Source: a bacterium
Lineage (GTDB): Bacteria; Krumholzibacteriota; Krumholzibacteriia; G020349025
Length of the DNA stretch: 64,000 nt
Reading direction: 5' to 3'
NCBI GenBank assembly: GCA_031362565.1
Contig: JANLSU010000120.1
Coordinates: 138,872-202,871 of the forward strand
Positions 18,421-28,474 of the stretch are shown here, piece by piece; the stretch's first letter is position 1, and the number at the start of each line of letters is the position of its first letter. The position numbers were made by a program, and so were the translations under genes. Under the pieces are notes generated by a model. It searched no databases and was not told the origin of the DNA. It was given only the letters and a program-made list of their open reading frames with translations.

Positions 18421-18899
18421 GGCTGGGCTCCCTTGTGGTGGCCCCCGATGCGCTGCTCGGCGCGCAGCGCATCGACGACCGCGCACAAGTCGGCGAGGTC
18501 GAAGGGCTTGTCGAGCACGGCCCAGGCGCCGAGACGTTTGGCCTCCGCATGAACCCGGCGATCACCGAATCCGGTGACGACGACAGCCGGAACGGTCGAT
18601 CCCACTTCCTGCAGCCAGCCAAGCGCCTCGAGACCGCCGACCTGCGGCATGCGCACATCGGTGATCACCAGGTCGATGTCGCACCCGGCGGCACGTGAGG
18701 CGGCGAATTGATCCATGAGTTCGACGCCGTCTTGCACTTCGATCACGTGGTAACCGGCTTGGCGCAGCGTTGACGCGAGCAGTTGACGCATCTCACGGTC
18801 GTCCTCGGCGAGAAGCACGTGGCCCGCCATGGGGGTAGCCGACGGAGAGCTCGCGGGCTGCGTGGCCTCGGCCTTGGACGAACGCGTGAGTTGCATCAC
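18417..18899 (-). CDS. Stand-alone response regulator receiver protein (1 of 3)
   Basis: GGAGG RBS; LAEDD, ITDVRMP, VTGFGD, KPF. Confidence 0.88.
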   Translation of the reverse strand: MMQLTRSSKAEATQPASSPSATPMAGHVLLAEDDREMRQLLASTLRQAGYHVIEVQDGVELMDQFAASRAAGCDIDLVITDVRMPQVGGLEALGWLQEVGSTVPAVVVTGFGDRRVHAEAKRLGAWAVLDKPFDLADLCAVVDALRAEQRIGGHHKGAQP

Positions 18900-18965
18900 C
18901 TTGCCTCCGGCGGGGAGTCACGAAGCTTGGGCGCGCAGCGCTGGGCGCCTGTACAGCGCCGGCAT

Positions 18966-18981
18966 TGCACCCCGCGTGCCA
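18966..18981 (-). promoter_or_regulatory. sigma54 (-24/-12) promoter for the receiver-domain operon
   Basis: Minus strand TGGCACGCGGGGTGCA: GG-N10-GC with a perfect TGGCAC box. Confidence 0.75.
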
Positions 18982-19113
18982 CCAGCATCTCTATTGTTTG
19001 CAACGACTTGCGGACATGGTCGAGCGTGGCAATCTGCCCCAGGTGCCGGCCTGCAGCCGGTCGACCAGCGCAACTCGCCAGATGTCAGAGAGATACGTGG
19101 TGCTTTCAGGCCC

Positions 19114-19130
19114 TGGGGCGTTCTGCCCCA
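19114..19130. promoter_or_regulatory. Palindromic candidate enhancer (UAS) for the sigma54 activator
   Basis: TGGGGC-GTTCT-GCCCCA, with further TGCCCCA half-sites ending at 19041 and 19147. Confidence 0.55.
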
Positions 19131-19148
19131 CGAGGCGCGGTGCCCCAG

Positions 19149-20537
19149 TCACTTCGCGGGATCGGTGTGGTCGTCGCCGGCGGCCTCGCCCCAGCGCTCC
19201 AATTTGCGGTACAGCGTCTTGCGATCGAGTCCAAGCAGACGTGCCGCAGAGGCTTTATTGCCGCCGGCCGCCTCCAACACCCGCAGGATGTAGCGCCGCT
19301 CGACTTCCTCGAGTGGCACGACGTCCGTCGGGTCGTCGCTCACGATGGCCACGTGGCCGCGCCTCGCAGCCCGGAGCTTTTCCGGCAAGTCCTCGACGGT
19401 GATCTGCTCGTACTGAGTGAGCGCCACGGCGCGCTCGATGCAGTTGCGTAGTTCCCGCACGTTGCCGGGCCAACCGTAGGCGAGTAATTTCTCTGCCGCG
19501 GCACTCATGATCCCGCTGACGCGTTTGTCGTTGTGTTTGGCAAATTCATCGACGAAGCGTTGCGCCAAGAGCAACACATCATTGCCCCGCATGCGGAGCG
19601 GCGGCACTTCGACCGAAATGACGTGAATCCGAAAGAAGAGATCCTCGCGGAACCGTCCGGCCTCGACGGCCGCCTCGAGGTCGACGTTCGTGGCGGCTAC
19701 GAGCCGTACATCGAACGGCACCTCCGTGTCACTGCCGACCGGGCGCACGGTGCGCTGTTGGAGCGCACGCAGCAGCTTCGGCTGTAGGCCGAGGGGCAAG
19801 TCGCCGATCTCATCCAGAAAGAGTGTGCCGCCGCTCGCCTGCACGAAAAGGCCGGTGCGGCCCACCTTGGCATCCGTGAAGGCGCCGCGGGCATGACCGA
19901 ACAATTCGCTCTCGAGCAACGTCTCCGGCATCGCCGCACAGTTCACGGCCACGAACGGGCCGCCCTGGCGCCGGCCGCGGTCGTGCAGCGCCTGAGCCAC
20001 GAGTTCTTTGCCCGTACCGCTTTCGCCCGACACGAGGACGGAGGCATCGGTTTCGGCAACCCGAGCGAGTAGTTCGTACAGGCGCTTCATAGCGGCGCTC
20101 TCGCCGACGAGTGCCCCGAAGCTCTGCAGGTCCTGCACCGTCTGGCGCAGACGCCGCACTTCTTCGCGCAAGGCGCGGTAGTTGAAAGCGCGCTCGAGCG
20201 CCAGAGTCAAGGTTTCGATCTCGACCGGCTTGGTCAGAAAGTCGTAGGCACCGGCGCGAATCGCCGCGACCGCGGTCTCGAAACTTCCGAACGAAGTCAG
20301 GACGATGACCGGCAGATCCGGCCGGTTCTCGACGATGCGGGCGCACAAGTCGATGCCGTTCACCCCCGGCATGTTGATGTCGGTGACCACGGCACCGAAA
20401 TCGGTCTGGGCCAGCAATTCGAGTCCTTCTTGGGGCGATGTCGACCAACGCACGTCGAAATCACGCCGGCCGAGCGCCGCCGCCACCATTTCACACATGG
20501 CTTTTTCGTCGTCGACCAAGAGCAAACGGCGCGTCAT
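19149..20537 (-). CDS. sigma54-dependent response regulator (NtrC/AtoC/ZraR family)
   Basis: Receiver (LVDDE, TDINMP), GESGTGKE, ESELFGH..GAFTDA, WPGNVREL, Fis-type HTH; ATG 20537 overlaps the kinase stop. Confidence 0.95.
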   Translation of the reverse strand: MTRRLLLVDDEKAMCEMVAAALGRRDFDVRWSTSPQEGLELLAQTDFGAVVTDINMPGVNGIDLCARIVENRPDLPVIVLTSFGSFETAVAAIRAGAYDFLTKPVEIETLTLALERAFNYRALREEVRRLRQTVQDLQSFGALVGESAAMKRLYELLARVAETDASVLVSGESGTGKELVAQALHDRGRRQGGPFVAVNCAAMPETLLESELFGHARGAFTDAKVGRTGLFVQASGGTLFLDEIGDLPLGLQPKLLRALQQRTVRPVGSDTEVPFDVRLVAATNVDLEAAVEAGRFREDLFFRIHVISVEVPPLRMRGNDVLLLAQRFVDEFAKHNDKRVSGIMSAAAEKLLAYGWPGNVRELRNCIERAVALTQYEQITVEDLPEKLRAARRGHVAIVSDDPTDVVPLEEVERRYILRVLEAAGGNKASAARLLGLDRKTLYRKLERWGEAAGDDHTDPAK

Positions 20538-22015
20538 ACGGCCACCTCTGTCGCGCGGGCTTGAGCCGGCAGAAACACTGCGAACGTGCTGCCTTGTCCC
20601 ACTTGTGACTCGACTTCGAGCCAGCCCTCGTGCTCGCGCACGATTCCCCATGAGACGGCGAGGCCGAGTCCTGTTCCTTCGCCGACATCCTTGGTGGTGA
20701 AGAACGGCTCGAAGATCCGCGCCTGATTTTCCGGCGCGATGCCGGCGCCAGTGTCTCGGACGCGCACCCGGATATAATCGTTGGCGATGCCGCCGACATC
20801 CGCCGGCGGCACGACCCGCGCCGTGTCGACCTCGACGTGCAGCGTTCCGCCGCGTTTCATGGCATGAATGCCGTTCATCATCAGGTTCAGGAGCACCTGT
20901 TGGATTTGGCCGCTGTCGACGTCGCACACCACCGGTGCCTCGGGAAGCTTCATTTGCACCTCGACGGAGCTCTTGCGCGCCAGCGGCGCCAGGAATGCCG
21001 TCGTTTGCTCGGCGATCGAGCGCACATCCTGCGGCGCCTTGGTCGGTGACCGGCGGCGCGCGAAGTCCAACAACTGCCGAATGACGCCGGTGATGCGCTG
21101 TGATTGTTCGAAGACGATACGGGCCCCGTCGGCGGCCTCGGCGCCTTGGACCTCGCCGGTGGCGATCATCTTGGCGCGTTGGGTGACGACGTTGAGCGGT
21201 GTGCCGAGTTCATGTGCCACACCGGCCGCTAGTTGCCCCACTGTCGCCAGCCGGTCGGCGTGGCGCAACTGTTCGAGCGCATGGATGCGGGCCTGCGTTT
21301 CCGACGCCAGCTGCTTACGGGCGGCATCGAGTTGTTCGCACATGGCGTTGATTTCGGCCGCCAAATCGCCGATTTCATCTTGCTGGTTGAGGACGAGCGG
21401 GCCGCCGAGATCGCCCGCGCCGACGCGCCGCGCCTTGTCGACGAGGGCATGCATCGGCCGGCCCACGAACCAGGCGCCCAGGATCCAAGCCGCTGCCGTG
21501 AAGAGAACCGCCAGTCCGCCGGCCGTGACCGCCCGTTGCAGCACGAGGTGCCGCAAGTGCGCTTGTTCCTCGGACAGCGATTCCGAGAGCTCGAGTGCGC
21601 CTTGTTGGACGCCCTCCACCATCACGGGTACATACGTGTAGATGCGGCGCCGCACCTCGCCCTCGGGGTTGGGGATCACGGAAAAGACCTCGCCCCGCGC
21701 GACCCGGTCGCGCACCGCGGCGACCGATGGGGCATCCGGCCTCTCGGCGCCCGCATGCGGGTCGACCCAACGCACCGCGACCCGAACCGGTTGTGTTTGC
21801 GCCTCGCCGACGAGCTGCAGCGCACGCTCCCGTCCATCGGTACGCCACAGGGCGCCGATGGCCGCCGCCAGTGCTTGGCCCGTGTCACGTTCGTCGGCAT
21901 TCATGTCGGTCTCGAGCAGCCGCGTTTCGCGCCGGATGCCGACCCAGGCATCCAAGATCAACACTGCGACCATGAGGGTAACCAACACGAGCAGCAGCTT
22001 GCGTACGAGCCTCAC
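20534..22015 (-). CDS. HAMP-domain sensor histidine kinase
   Basis: Two TM segments, HAMP (DEIGDLA), H-box AHELGTPL, N-box, DTGAGI, FEPFFTTK, GTGLGL. Confidence 0.95.
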   Translation of the reverse strand: MRLVRKLLLVLVTLMVAVLILDAWVGIRRETRLLETDMNADERDTGQALAAAIGALWRTDGRERALQLVGEAQTQPVRVAVRWVDPHAGAERPDAPSVAAVRDRVARGEVFSVIPNPEGEVRRRIYTYVPVMVEGVQQGALELSESLSEEQAHLRHLVLQRAVTAGGLAVLFTAAAWILGAWFVGRPMHALVDKARRVGAGDLGGPLVLNQQDEIGDLAAEINAMCEQLDAARKQLASETQARIHALEQLRHADRLATVGQLAAGVAHELGTPLNVVTQRAKMIATGEVQGAEAADGARIVFEQSQRITGVIRQLLDFARRRSPTKAPQDVRSIAEQTTAFLAPLARKSSVEVQMKLPEAPVVCDVDSGQIQQVLLNLMMNGIHAMKRGGTLHVEVDTARVVPPADVGGIANDYIRVRVRDTGAGIAPENQARIFEPFFTTKDVGEGTGLGLAVSWGIVREHEGWLEVESQVGQGSTFAVFLPAQARATEVAV

Positions 22016-22030
22016 CGGTTCCTGCCTCCG

Positions 22031-24370
22031 TTACCGTACGCCGCTGGATGCCGCACCGGCGCCGCCCGGGCCTGCCGTGGGGGCAAGATGCTGCGTGAAG
22101 AACTCCTGAATCCGCCCGTACTCGTCGATCCAGCTCGCCGGTGCCGTGAACCCATGCGATTCGCGCGGATACATCATGAAGTCGAATTGCTTGCCGTTCC
22201 GAATGAGGCGCTCGACGAGCTGGGCCGCATCCTGAAAATGCACGTTGTCGTCGCGCATGCCGTGCAGCAGCAAGAGTGGCTTCTGCAGATTGCCGGCGAA
22301 ATGAATCGGTGAACTCCGCCAGTAGGCTTCCGGGTGCTTCTCGGGCAGGCCCAAGCGCTGCGTGCAGTACCACGGATTCCCGCGGTTGTAGTTCTCCCAG
22401 TCGGCGACGAAGCGCAGTGCCGCGCCGCAGGCCCAGCGGTCCGGTGTGGTGAACAGTGCCATGAGAGTCATGAACCCACCGTAGCTGCCGCCGTAGAGAC
22501 CGACGCGGGCCGGATCCACCCAGCCGAGCGTCGACAGGTAATCCAGTCCCGCCACCTCGTCGTCGAGATCCGGGCCGCCGAGATGCATGTACACGCCGGC
22601 GCGAAAATCGCGCCCGTATCCCAGGCTGCCACGGTAGTCGACCTCGAACACCGCGAACCCCGCTTGTGCGAGGACGGTGTGAAACTTGAAGTTGGGCGTG
22701 TACACCGACCAGCCGTCGACGACGTTCTGCAAGATTCCGGCGCCATGAACGAACACCACGGCCGGATAACGCCGGTGTGGGTCGAATCCCACCGGTTTGT
22801 AGAGCAGCCCCTTGAGGCGCGCGCCGTCGTGGGCCGGGAACTCGACGACCTCGGGAACGACCCAGTCGACGGCCCGGAATGCCGCCGGGACGCTGTGCGT
22901 GACCGGAACGGGCGCCGCGCCGTCTTCCAGTCCGAGGCTGAACAGGTCGGTTGGTTGATTGAACCGCGAGTGCTCGTACAGTACGCGCTTGCCGCGCGCC
23001 ACCATCGACGGGTGGGTCGCCATCCCCGGCCCGGTACCGAGGGTCCGGAGTGCGCGACTCGCAACGTCGAGCACTTCGAGTTGGCGCTCCGAGGATCGCG
23101 CCCTGGCCCCGAGCAATATGATGTGCCGGCCGTCCGGCAGCCAGCGCGCCCAGCCGACTTCCCATTTGCCGTCGGTCAGTTGCTCGGGCGCGCCGCCCGG
23201 CAACGGAATCCGCACCAAATGCCGGAATCCCGTCCGCTCGCTCGCGATCAGAATCGACCGGTTGTCGGGCGCGAACTCGAGCACCGGATGGTCGGCGATG
23301 ACCCAGTCATATTCTTCGACCCAAGCGGAATCTGTTTCGGTGTACACACTGCGTCCAATGCACGAGTCCGGGCTCGCAACTAAAATGCGGCGGGTGCGCA
23401 AATCGGCGGAGATATCGCTGATCGCGAGCCGGTGCCCATCCGGTGACCAAGCGATGGCGCTGACTTGCGGGTGATTGCCGGGCCCGAGGCGCACCGCCTT
23501 GCTCACGAAGGGGTCGCGCGCATCCATCCGGCCCTTGTCGTGCGTCAACCAGCTCGTACCGACGACGCGGACCCCAATCTCCGGAAAGCCTTGTTTGACG
23601 TTGCCGGTGGTGACGCGTTCGCCGAGATAGCTCGGAATCAGGAGATCCTTTTGCCCGTGTTCGTCGCGCGCCAGGAACGCGAGCCAGCGGCCGTCGGACG
23701 CCCATTGCAATGACGACGGCTGCAACGAGTCGCCGCCCGCGACCGTGAGTTGCAGTTCGCGGCCGCGATCGACCTCGAGGGCCCAGACCGAGTTATCGCG
23801 CACGAAGGCGAGAAAACGCCCGTCCGGCGACCAGGAAAGCTCGCTTTCACCGGCCTTGGTGGCGGTGAGACGCGTCAGAGGGCCGCTTGGCAAGGCGAAG
23901 TAGATGTCGCCCCGCGCCAGGAAGGCGATGCGACGCGCGTCGGGTGACCACGTGATGGCGCCGGCTCGATAGTCCACCGCATCGTCGGCAAAATAGCGCG
24001 GCAGATGATGTCCCGGCAGCGAATCGTCCGGCGAAGCCGGACGCGCCAAGACCGCCCGCAGCGAGTCCGCACGTGCATCGCGCGGGAACGCGGTCAGCGC
24101 TCTGGCCTGTCCGCCGGTCGCCGGCACGATCCAAAGATCGAGTGGTGATTCGAGTCCGGCCGCATTCCACGCGAAGGCGACCCATTTCTCGTCGGGTGCG
24201 AGTGCTGCGCCGCGCGGCCGCGTGCCTTCGATGTGCGGTTCGCTGAAAATATCACGGACGGTGAGCCGCGCCGCAGCAGCCGGGCGCGGCGACGCGAGCA
24301 GCGCCAACGCCGGCGCGAGCCCGAGCGCCAGCGCGATGCGCAACCAAGCGCGCGGGATCCCCCACCTCAT
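22031..24370 (-). CDS. S9 family peptidase (dipeptidyl-peptidase IV-like), secreted
   Basis: Signal peptide; propeller repeats (WSPDG); GGSYGG nucleophile, DDNVH Asp, ESHG His. Confidence 0.92.
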   Translation of the reverse strand: MRWGIPRAWLRIALALGLAPALALLASPRPAAAARLTVRDIFSEPHIEGTRPRGAALAPDEKWVAFAWNAAGLESPLDLWIVPATGGQARALTAFPRDARADSLRAVLARPASPDDSLPGHHLPRYFADDAVDYRAGAITWSPDARRIAFLARGDIYFALPSGPLTRLTATKAGESELSWSPDGRFLAFVRDNSVWALEVDRGRELQLTVAGGDSLQPSSLQWASDGRWLAFLARDEHGQKDLLIPSYLGERVTTGNVKQGFPEIGVRVVGTSWLTHDKGRMDARDPFVSKAVRLGPGNHPQVSAIAWSPDGHRLAISDISADLRTRRILVASPDSCIGRSVYTETDSAWVEEYDWVIADHPVLEFAPDNRSILIASERTGFRHLVRIPLPGGAPEQLTDGKWEVGWARWLPDGRHIILLGARARSSERQLEVLDVASRALRTLGTGPGMATHPSMVARGKRVLYEHSRFNQPTDLFSLGLEDGAAPVPVTHSVPAAFRAVDWVVPEVVEFPAHDGARLKGLLYKPVGFDPHRRYPAVVFVHGAGILQNVVDGWSVYTPNFKFHTVLAQAGFAVFEVDYRGSLGYGRDFRAGVYMHLGGPDLDDEVAGLDYLSTLGWVDPARVGLYGGSYGGFMTLMALFTTPDRWACGAALRFVADWENYNRGNPWYCTQRLGLPEKHPEAYWRSSPIHFAGNLQKPLLLLHGMRDDNVHFQDAAQLVERLIRNGKQFDFMMYPRESHGFTAPASWIDEYGRIQEFFTQHLAPTAGPGGAGAASSGVR

Positions 24371-24963
24371 TTTTTCTCCGTTGACTTGATCGTGCTGGCT
24401 CGGGCGGGATCATCGTCCGGATTCACCCAATGGAAGTCGGCGGCGCCGGCGCGCGTTTGCGACAGGATGACCTGTGACTTGGACCAGGCGTAGTGCGGCA
24501 CTTTGGCTGGAATGTGGATGAACGCACCCGGCCCGAAGAGCCGTGCGGCGTTCGAATCGACCCTTTCGCCCTGGCCAAAGAGGATCGTGCCCTCGACGAC
24601 GGTGACGTATTCGTCAAAGGAGTGCCAATGCGGCGGAATCCGCGTGCCGGGTGGCAGGCGAAGATACGTCGTGTGCAGCCCGGCATTGGGATCGCCGGCC
24701 ACAACGGCAACGTCGCTGCCGGGAAACGGGCCCGCCTGCCATTCGATGTCGAGCAGCCGGTAGGCCGTGATCGCGCCCAACTGAACGGGCCCGGAATCGT
24801 GCTCTTCCTCTTCGTACTTGCCTGCCGCGTCGCGATCTTTGCCGGGTTCGGCCGTTGCCGGTTTCGACCCGTCGGCGGCATCCGATCGCGGCGCTCCAAG
24901 AAACGGCGCACAAACCAGAAACGCGGCCACGAAAAGCGCGAACCGGATCTGCCGACGGGGCAT
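24367..24963 (-). CDS. Secreted cupin-domain protein (DUF4437-like)
   Basis: Signal peptide from ATG 24963; GDP, PPHWH..DE..TV.EG, IPA..PHYAW, NP.DDP. Confidence 0.8.
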   Translation of the reverse strand: MPRRQIRFALFVAAFLVCAPFLGAPRSDAADGSKPATAEPGKDRDAAGKYEEEEHDSGPVQLGAITAYRLLDIEWQAGPFPGSDVAVVAGDPNAGLHTTYLRLPPGTRIPPHWHSFDEYVTVVEGTILFGQGERVDSNAARLFGPGAFIHIPAKVPHYAWSKSQVILSQTRAGAADFHWVNPDDDPARASTIKSTEKK

Positions 24964-25009
24964 GGGATGTCCTCCACGGGCTCGGGATGCCGCCTTTATT
25001 CGGCCGCCA

Positions 25010-25327
25010 TCATCGCTCGGGTGCCCGTGGCTCGTCCACCTCCCGTCTGCGGGGCGGGTTCGCCGCCCAGGGGCCGAGGGTTTGCCGCACTTGCATGACG
25101 CGCGCGAGCGGCAAGGCGCCGATCCGTGCATGCTCGCGCATCGTCGATTCATCCGGCGCGTCGAAGACACAGAAAATCCGGTCGTCGGTCACGTAACTAT
25201 TGACCCACTTCACCTGGGGTCCCAGTGCCCGGACCGCATCGACGACGCGCGTGGCAATGCCCTGCAGATCGTCGTACGTCAGTTTGCCGGCACCCGGAAA
25301 TTCGCGCTCGATGACGTACTGTGGCAC
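25010..25327 (-). CDS. DUF4242 domain protein
   Basis: GTG start after AGGAGGGAG; YVIERE.PGAG.L, W..SYVT.D.IFC..DAPDE...REHA. Confidence 0.85.
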   Translation of the reverse strand: MPQYVIEREFPGAGKLTYDDLQGIATRVVDAVRALGPQVKWVNSYVTDDRIFCVFDAPDESTMREHARIGALPLARVMQVRQTLGPWAANPPRRREVDEPRAPER

Positions 25328-25524
25328 AGCCGTCGTCTCCCTCCTGCTCGCATCGGTGATGGCGTATGCCATCAGGGGTCCGAGCGTCACGTTCGGGTTC
25401 GCAAGGCGCGCTTTCGGTTCGCGAGGGTTTGTCGGTTCGCGGTCAACGGTACGCCGAAGGCAGGCAGAGCGCAATCAGGATCGACGCTGCGCAGCGTCGC
25501 CGGCAGCCGCTCCTCTACGTCCTT

Positions 25525-25914
25525 CTACGTCGGTAGATCCGCTGTGATGAGGTGGCCTGCAGCACGGAGCGCTGCCTCGGCTGCTTGCAGGTCGGCCGCT
25601 CGCACCAAGAGGTAGTCCGTGTCGAACGTCGAGACGACGAAGATGCTGAGGCCCGCCGCTGCGAGCGGCGTCGCAAGGGTCTGAATGACGCCCACCTGGT
25701 CGAAAGCGAGCGTTCCGGCAACGCGCAGGAGCTGCCACCCGCGCTCGGCCTTGATGCCGGCCGGGACCGCCGCCGCCCGGCACACGATCGACGTCTCGTC
25801 GGCGGTGCGGGTCACCGACGAGAAGGCGTCGCCCGCCCACTCGGGAATTGCGGTACCGGCCGGCAACCGGCACACGGCGTATTCGCCGGCAATCTGCCGC
25901 AAGGTGAGTCTCAC
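25525..25914 (-). CDS. ACT-domain protein (ACT_7/CASTOR-like)
   Basis: YAVCRL, SVTRT.DE.SIVC, G.L.F..VGV, SIF.VSTFDTDY.LV; GTG start overlaps the upstream stop. Confidence 0.85.
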   Translation of the reverse strand: MRLTLRQIAGEYAVCRLPAGTAIPEWAGDAFSSVTRTADETSIVCRAAAVPAGIKAERGWQLLRVAGTLAFDQVGVIQTLATPLAAAGLSIFVVSTFDTDYLLVRAADLQAAEAALRAAGHLITADLPT

Positions 25915-26681
25915 GGCCGGACGTCGGTGGCGGATGCGGGCTTCCGCCCGGTGCGCAAAAACAGCGGCCAACGCAACGTGCGCGCCGCGCCGGCGGGTCC
26001 CCAGTGGGCTTCGAGATCGTGCTCAAGAGCCGGCGCCGGATCGAAACCGAGCGCCGCGGCGAAGCGCTGCGTCGCCGACCAGGTGCGGACGTAACCGCCG
26101 AATTGCTTCAGCGTCATTTGGCGCTCGAAGACCAGTGGCGCCGTCGCGAATTCGGCAAATGGGAACTCGATGCTGCGATAGCCGTCTTCGACAAGCGCTC
26201 GCCCGCCCGGCCAGTACGGCCCGACGGTTTCGCTGTAGTAGTCCCGCACCACCGCATCGATCGTCGGCGCGATCTCGACCAATCCATAGCAGCACACCGC
26301 GAGGACGCCCTCGGGAACCAGCACTCGCGCCGCTTCGGCAAAGAACGCCGGGCGATCGAACCAGTGCAACGCTTGCGCCACGGTGACGAGATCGATCGAG
26401 TTGGACTCGAGGCCGGACGATTCCGCCTTCGCAACCGCGTACGTGATGCGCCGGTGCACGATGGCGGACGCAATCTGCTCCGGGCTCGCGTCGGTTGCGA
26501 TGACCTGTTCGAAGTGCGCCGCCAGGCCTTCGGCGGCTTGGCCGTTGCCGGTCGCGCAATCCCACGCGCGGCGCCGCGTCGGTGCGGCCGCCGCCAAGAC
26601 TTCGAAGAGCACCGCCGGGTAGCGCGGGCGGAATTCCGCATACGCCGCCGCGATGGCGGAGAAGTGATCCTGAAAGTTCAC
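25911..26681 (-). CDS. Class I SAM-dependent methyltransferase
   Basis: DHFS...YA.FRP.YP, WDCATGNGQAA, VAQALHWF. Confidence 0.9.
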   Translation of the reverse strand: MNFQDHFSAIAAAYAEFRPRYPAVLFEVLAAAAPTRRRAWDCATGNGQAAEGLAAHFEQVIATDASPEQIASAIVHRRITYAVAKAESSGLESNSIDLVTVAQALHWFDRPAFFAEAARVLVPEGVLAVCCYGLVEIAPTIDAVVRDYYSETVGPYWPGGRALVEDGYRSIEFPFAEFATAPLVFERQMTLKQFGGYVRTWSATQRFAAALGFDPAPALEHDLEAHWGPAGAARTLRWPLFLRTGRKPASATDVRP

Positions 26682-26708
26682 GGCATCCTCACAGCGCTGC
26701 GGCCGCGC

Positions 26709-28274
26709 TCAGTGTATGCCTCCCATCAACTTGCGAATAGGCCGCGCGATGGCGAAGGCAAGCAGCGTGAACACTCCGGTCACGGCGACGACCGAGCCAA
26801 AGAGCTGCGGCAGGGGCAACGTTTCGAACTTGCCGGCGATCTGGCCGCCGACAAAATTCCCGACCGACGACGCCAAGAACCACACGCCCAGCATCTGTCC
26901 CGTGACGCGGGACGGCGCGAGCTTGGTGAACGTCGACAAGCCGACGGGGCTCAAACACAGTTCGCCGATCGTGTGCAGCAGATACACCGAGACGAGCCAC
27001 CATGGACTCACGAGCGGCCCCGCCGCACCTGGCGCCGCGCCGGGAGGCGCCATCGCCAGCTTCGCCGCCGGAACCATGATCAGAAATCCAAGCCCCGCAA
27101 ACAGCAGGCCGATCGCGAACTTGTTCGGGCTCGAGGGTTCGCGCTTCCGTTTCGAGAGCCAGACCCAAAGGATTGCGAACAACGGGCCGAGCGCAATGAT
27201 GAACAGCGAGTTCACCGACTGGAACCAGCTCGCGGGATAGGCGAACCCGAGGACGTGGTTGTCCGTATTGCGCTGCGCGAACAGGTTGAGCGTCGAGCCG
27301 GCCTGTTCGAACACGCTCCAAAAAAGCGATGCGAAGACGAAAAAGGCCGGAATCGCATACAGCCGCTTGCGTTCGACCGGTGTCCAGCCGCGCTGCAAGA
27401 AGAGGATGGCGAAATACACGAACGGTACAATGATGAGCACCCACCGGACCACGGCGACGATCGACTCGATCGAAGCGTGCGACATCAAGACGAATGAAAC
27501 GAGGCAAACGAGGCTGGCGACGCCAATTCCAAGGTCGCGCTGTTGGCGACTGCGCGCCTTGGGGTCGGCGGATAGTTTTGGCTTCGCACCCGCGGTCCCG
27601 AGGTAGTGGCCGGTGAGCAAATACTGCACGAGGCCGATCGCCATGCCGACTGCCGCCGCACCAAAGCCCCAATGCCAGCAATCGTTGGGATTCATTCCCC
27701 AGCCCTGCAGCGTGGCGCGGAACCGCGCGTCGCCCGACAGAAACCCGGTGATGAGCGGCGCCAAGAACGCGCCGATGTTGATGCCCATGTAGTAAATGGA
27801 AAAGCCGGCGTCACGGCGCGCGTCGTTTTCGCTGTAGAGAGCGCCCACCAGGCCGCTCATGTTGGGCTTCAGCAAACCCGTGCCGATGACGACCAGAAAG
27901 AGACCCAAATAGAAGAACGTCATGCCGTGCATCGCCAGGCAGATGTGCCCGCACATGATGATGATGCCGCCGACGAACACCGCCTGCCGAAGCCCAATGA
28001 AACGATCGGCGATCCAGCCGCCCGGCAGCGATGCGAAGTAGACCATCGAGGTGTACAGCCCGTAGACCGGACCGGCCTTGGCCGCCGTCCACCCCAGCCC
28101 GCCGATTTCGGCCGACGCCGTCATGTAGAGGAGCAGGAAGGCCCGCATCCCGTAGTAGCTGAAGCGTTCCCACATCTCGGTAAAGAAGAGCGTCCCGAGG
28201 CCACGCGGATGCACGGTCCACAACCACTTTTTCTCGGCCGGGCCTTGGGCGGGCGCGCCGGGCGTCGCGTCCAT
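26709..28274 (-). CDS. POT/PTR family proton-dependent oligopeptide transporter (MFS)
   Basis: EMWERFSYYG, GGWIADR, GLLKPN, FSIYYMGINIG, GELCLSPVGLS; ATG 28274 after GGAGGA. Confidence 0.95.
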   Translation of the reverse strand: MDATPGAPAQGPAEKKWLWTVHPRGLGTLFFTEMWERFSYYGMRAFLLLYMTASAEIGGLGWTAAKAGPVYGLYTSMVYFASLPGGWIADRFIGLRQAVFVGGIIIMCGHICLAMHGMTFFYLGLFLVVIGTGLLKPNMSGLVGALYSENDARRDAGFSIYYMGINIGAFLAPLITGFLSGDARFRATLQGWGMNPNDCWHWGFGAAAVGMAIGLVQYLLTGHYLGTAGAKPKLSADPKARSRQQRDLGIGVASLVCLVSFVLMSHASIESIVAVVRWVLIIVPFVYFAILFLQRGWTPVERKRLYAIPAFFVFASLFWSVFEQAGSTLNLFAQRNTDNHVLGFAYPASWFQSVNSLFIIALGPLFAILWVWLSKRKREPSSPNKFAIGLLFAGLGFLIMVPAAKLAMAPPGAAPGAAGPLVSPWWLVSVYLLHTIGELCLSPVGLSTFTKLAPSRVTGQMLGVWFLASSVGNFVGGQIAGKFETLPLPQLFGSVVAVTGVFTLLAFAIARPIRKLMGGIH

Positions 28275-28474
28275 TCGAATCCTCCCTGGTGCGGGGGCGG
28301 CGTGCGATCCCAAGCCCCGCGGTCACGACGGGATGAGGCTCGGGAGTCTCGATGATGCGGATCCGGTGGGGCGGCCGCAACAAACACGTGCGAACAACGT
28401 GCGAACGCCGCCTCGTTGGTGGCCTCTGGGGCGCTGAGAGCGCCGGGAGCGCCTGGAAAGGCCGGGGGGGCGCG

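Noticed and set aside
20538..20927. Extended N-terminus of the sigma54 regulator given in the ORF track
   Set aside because: It overlaps the kinase gene; the receiver domain starts at ATG 20537 after a GAGGTGG RBS.
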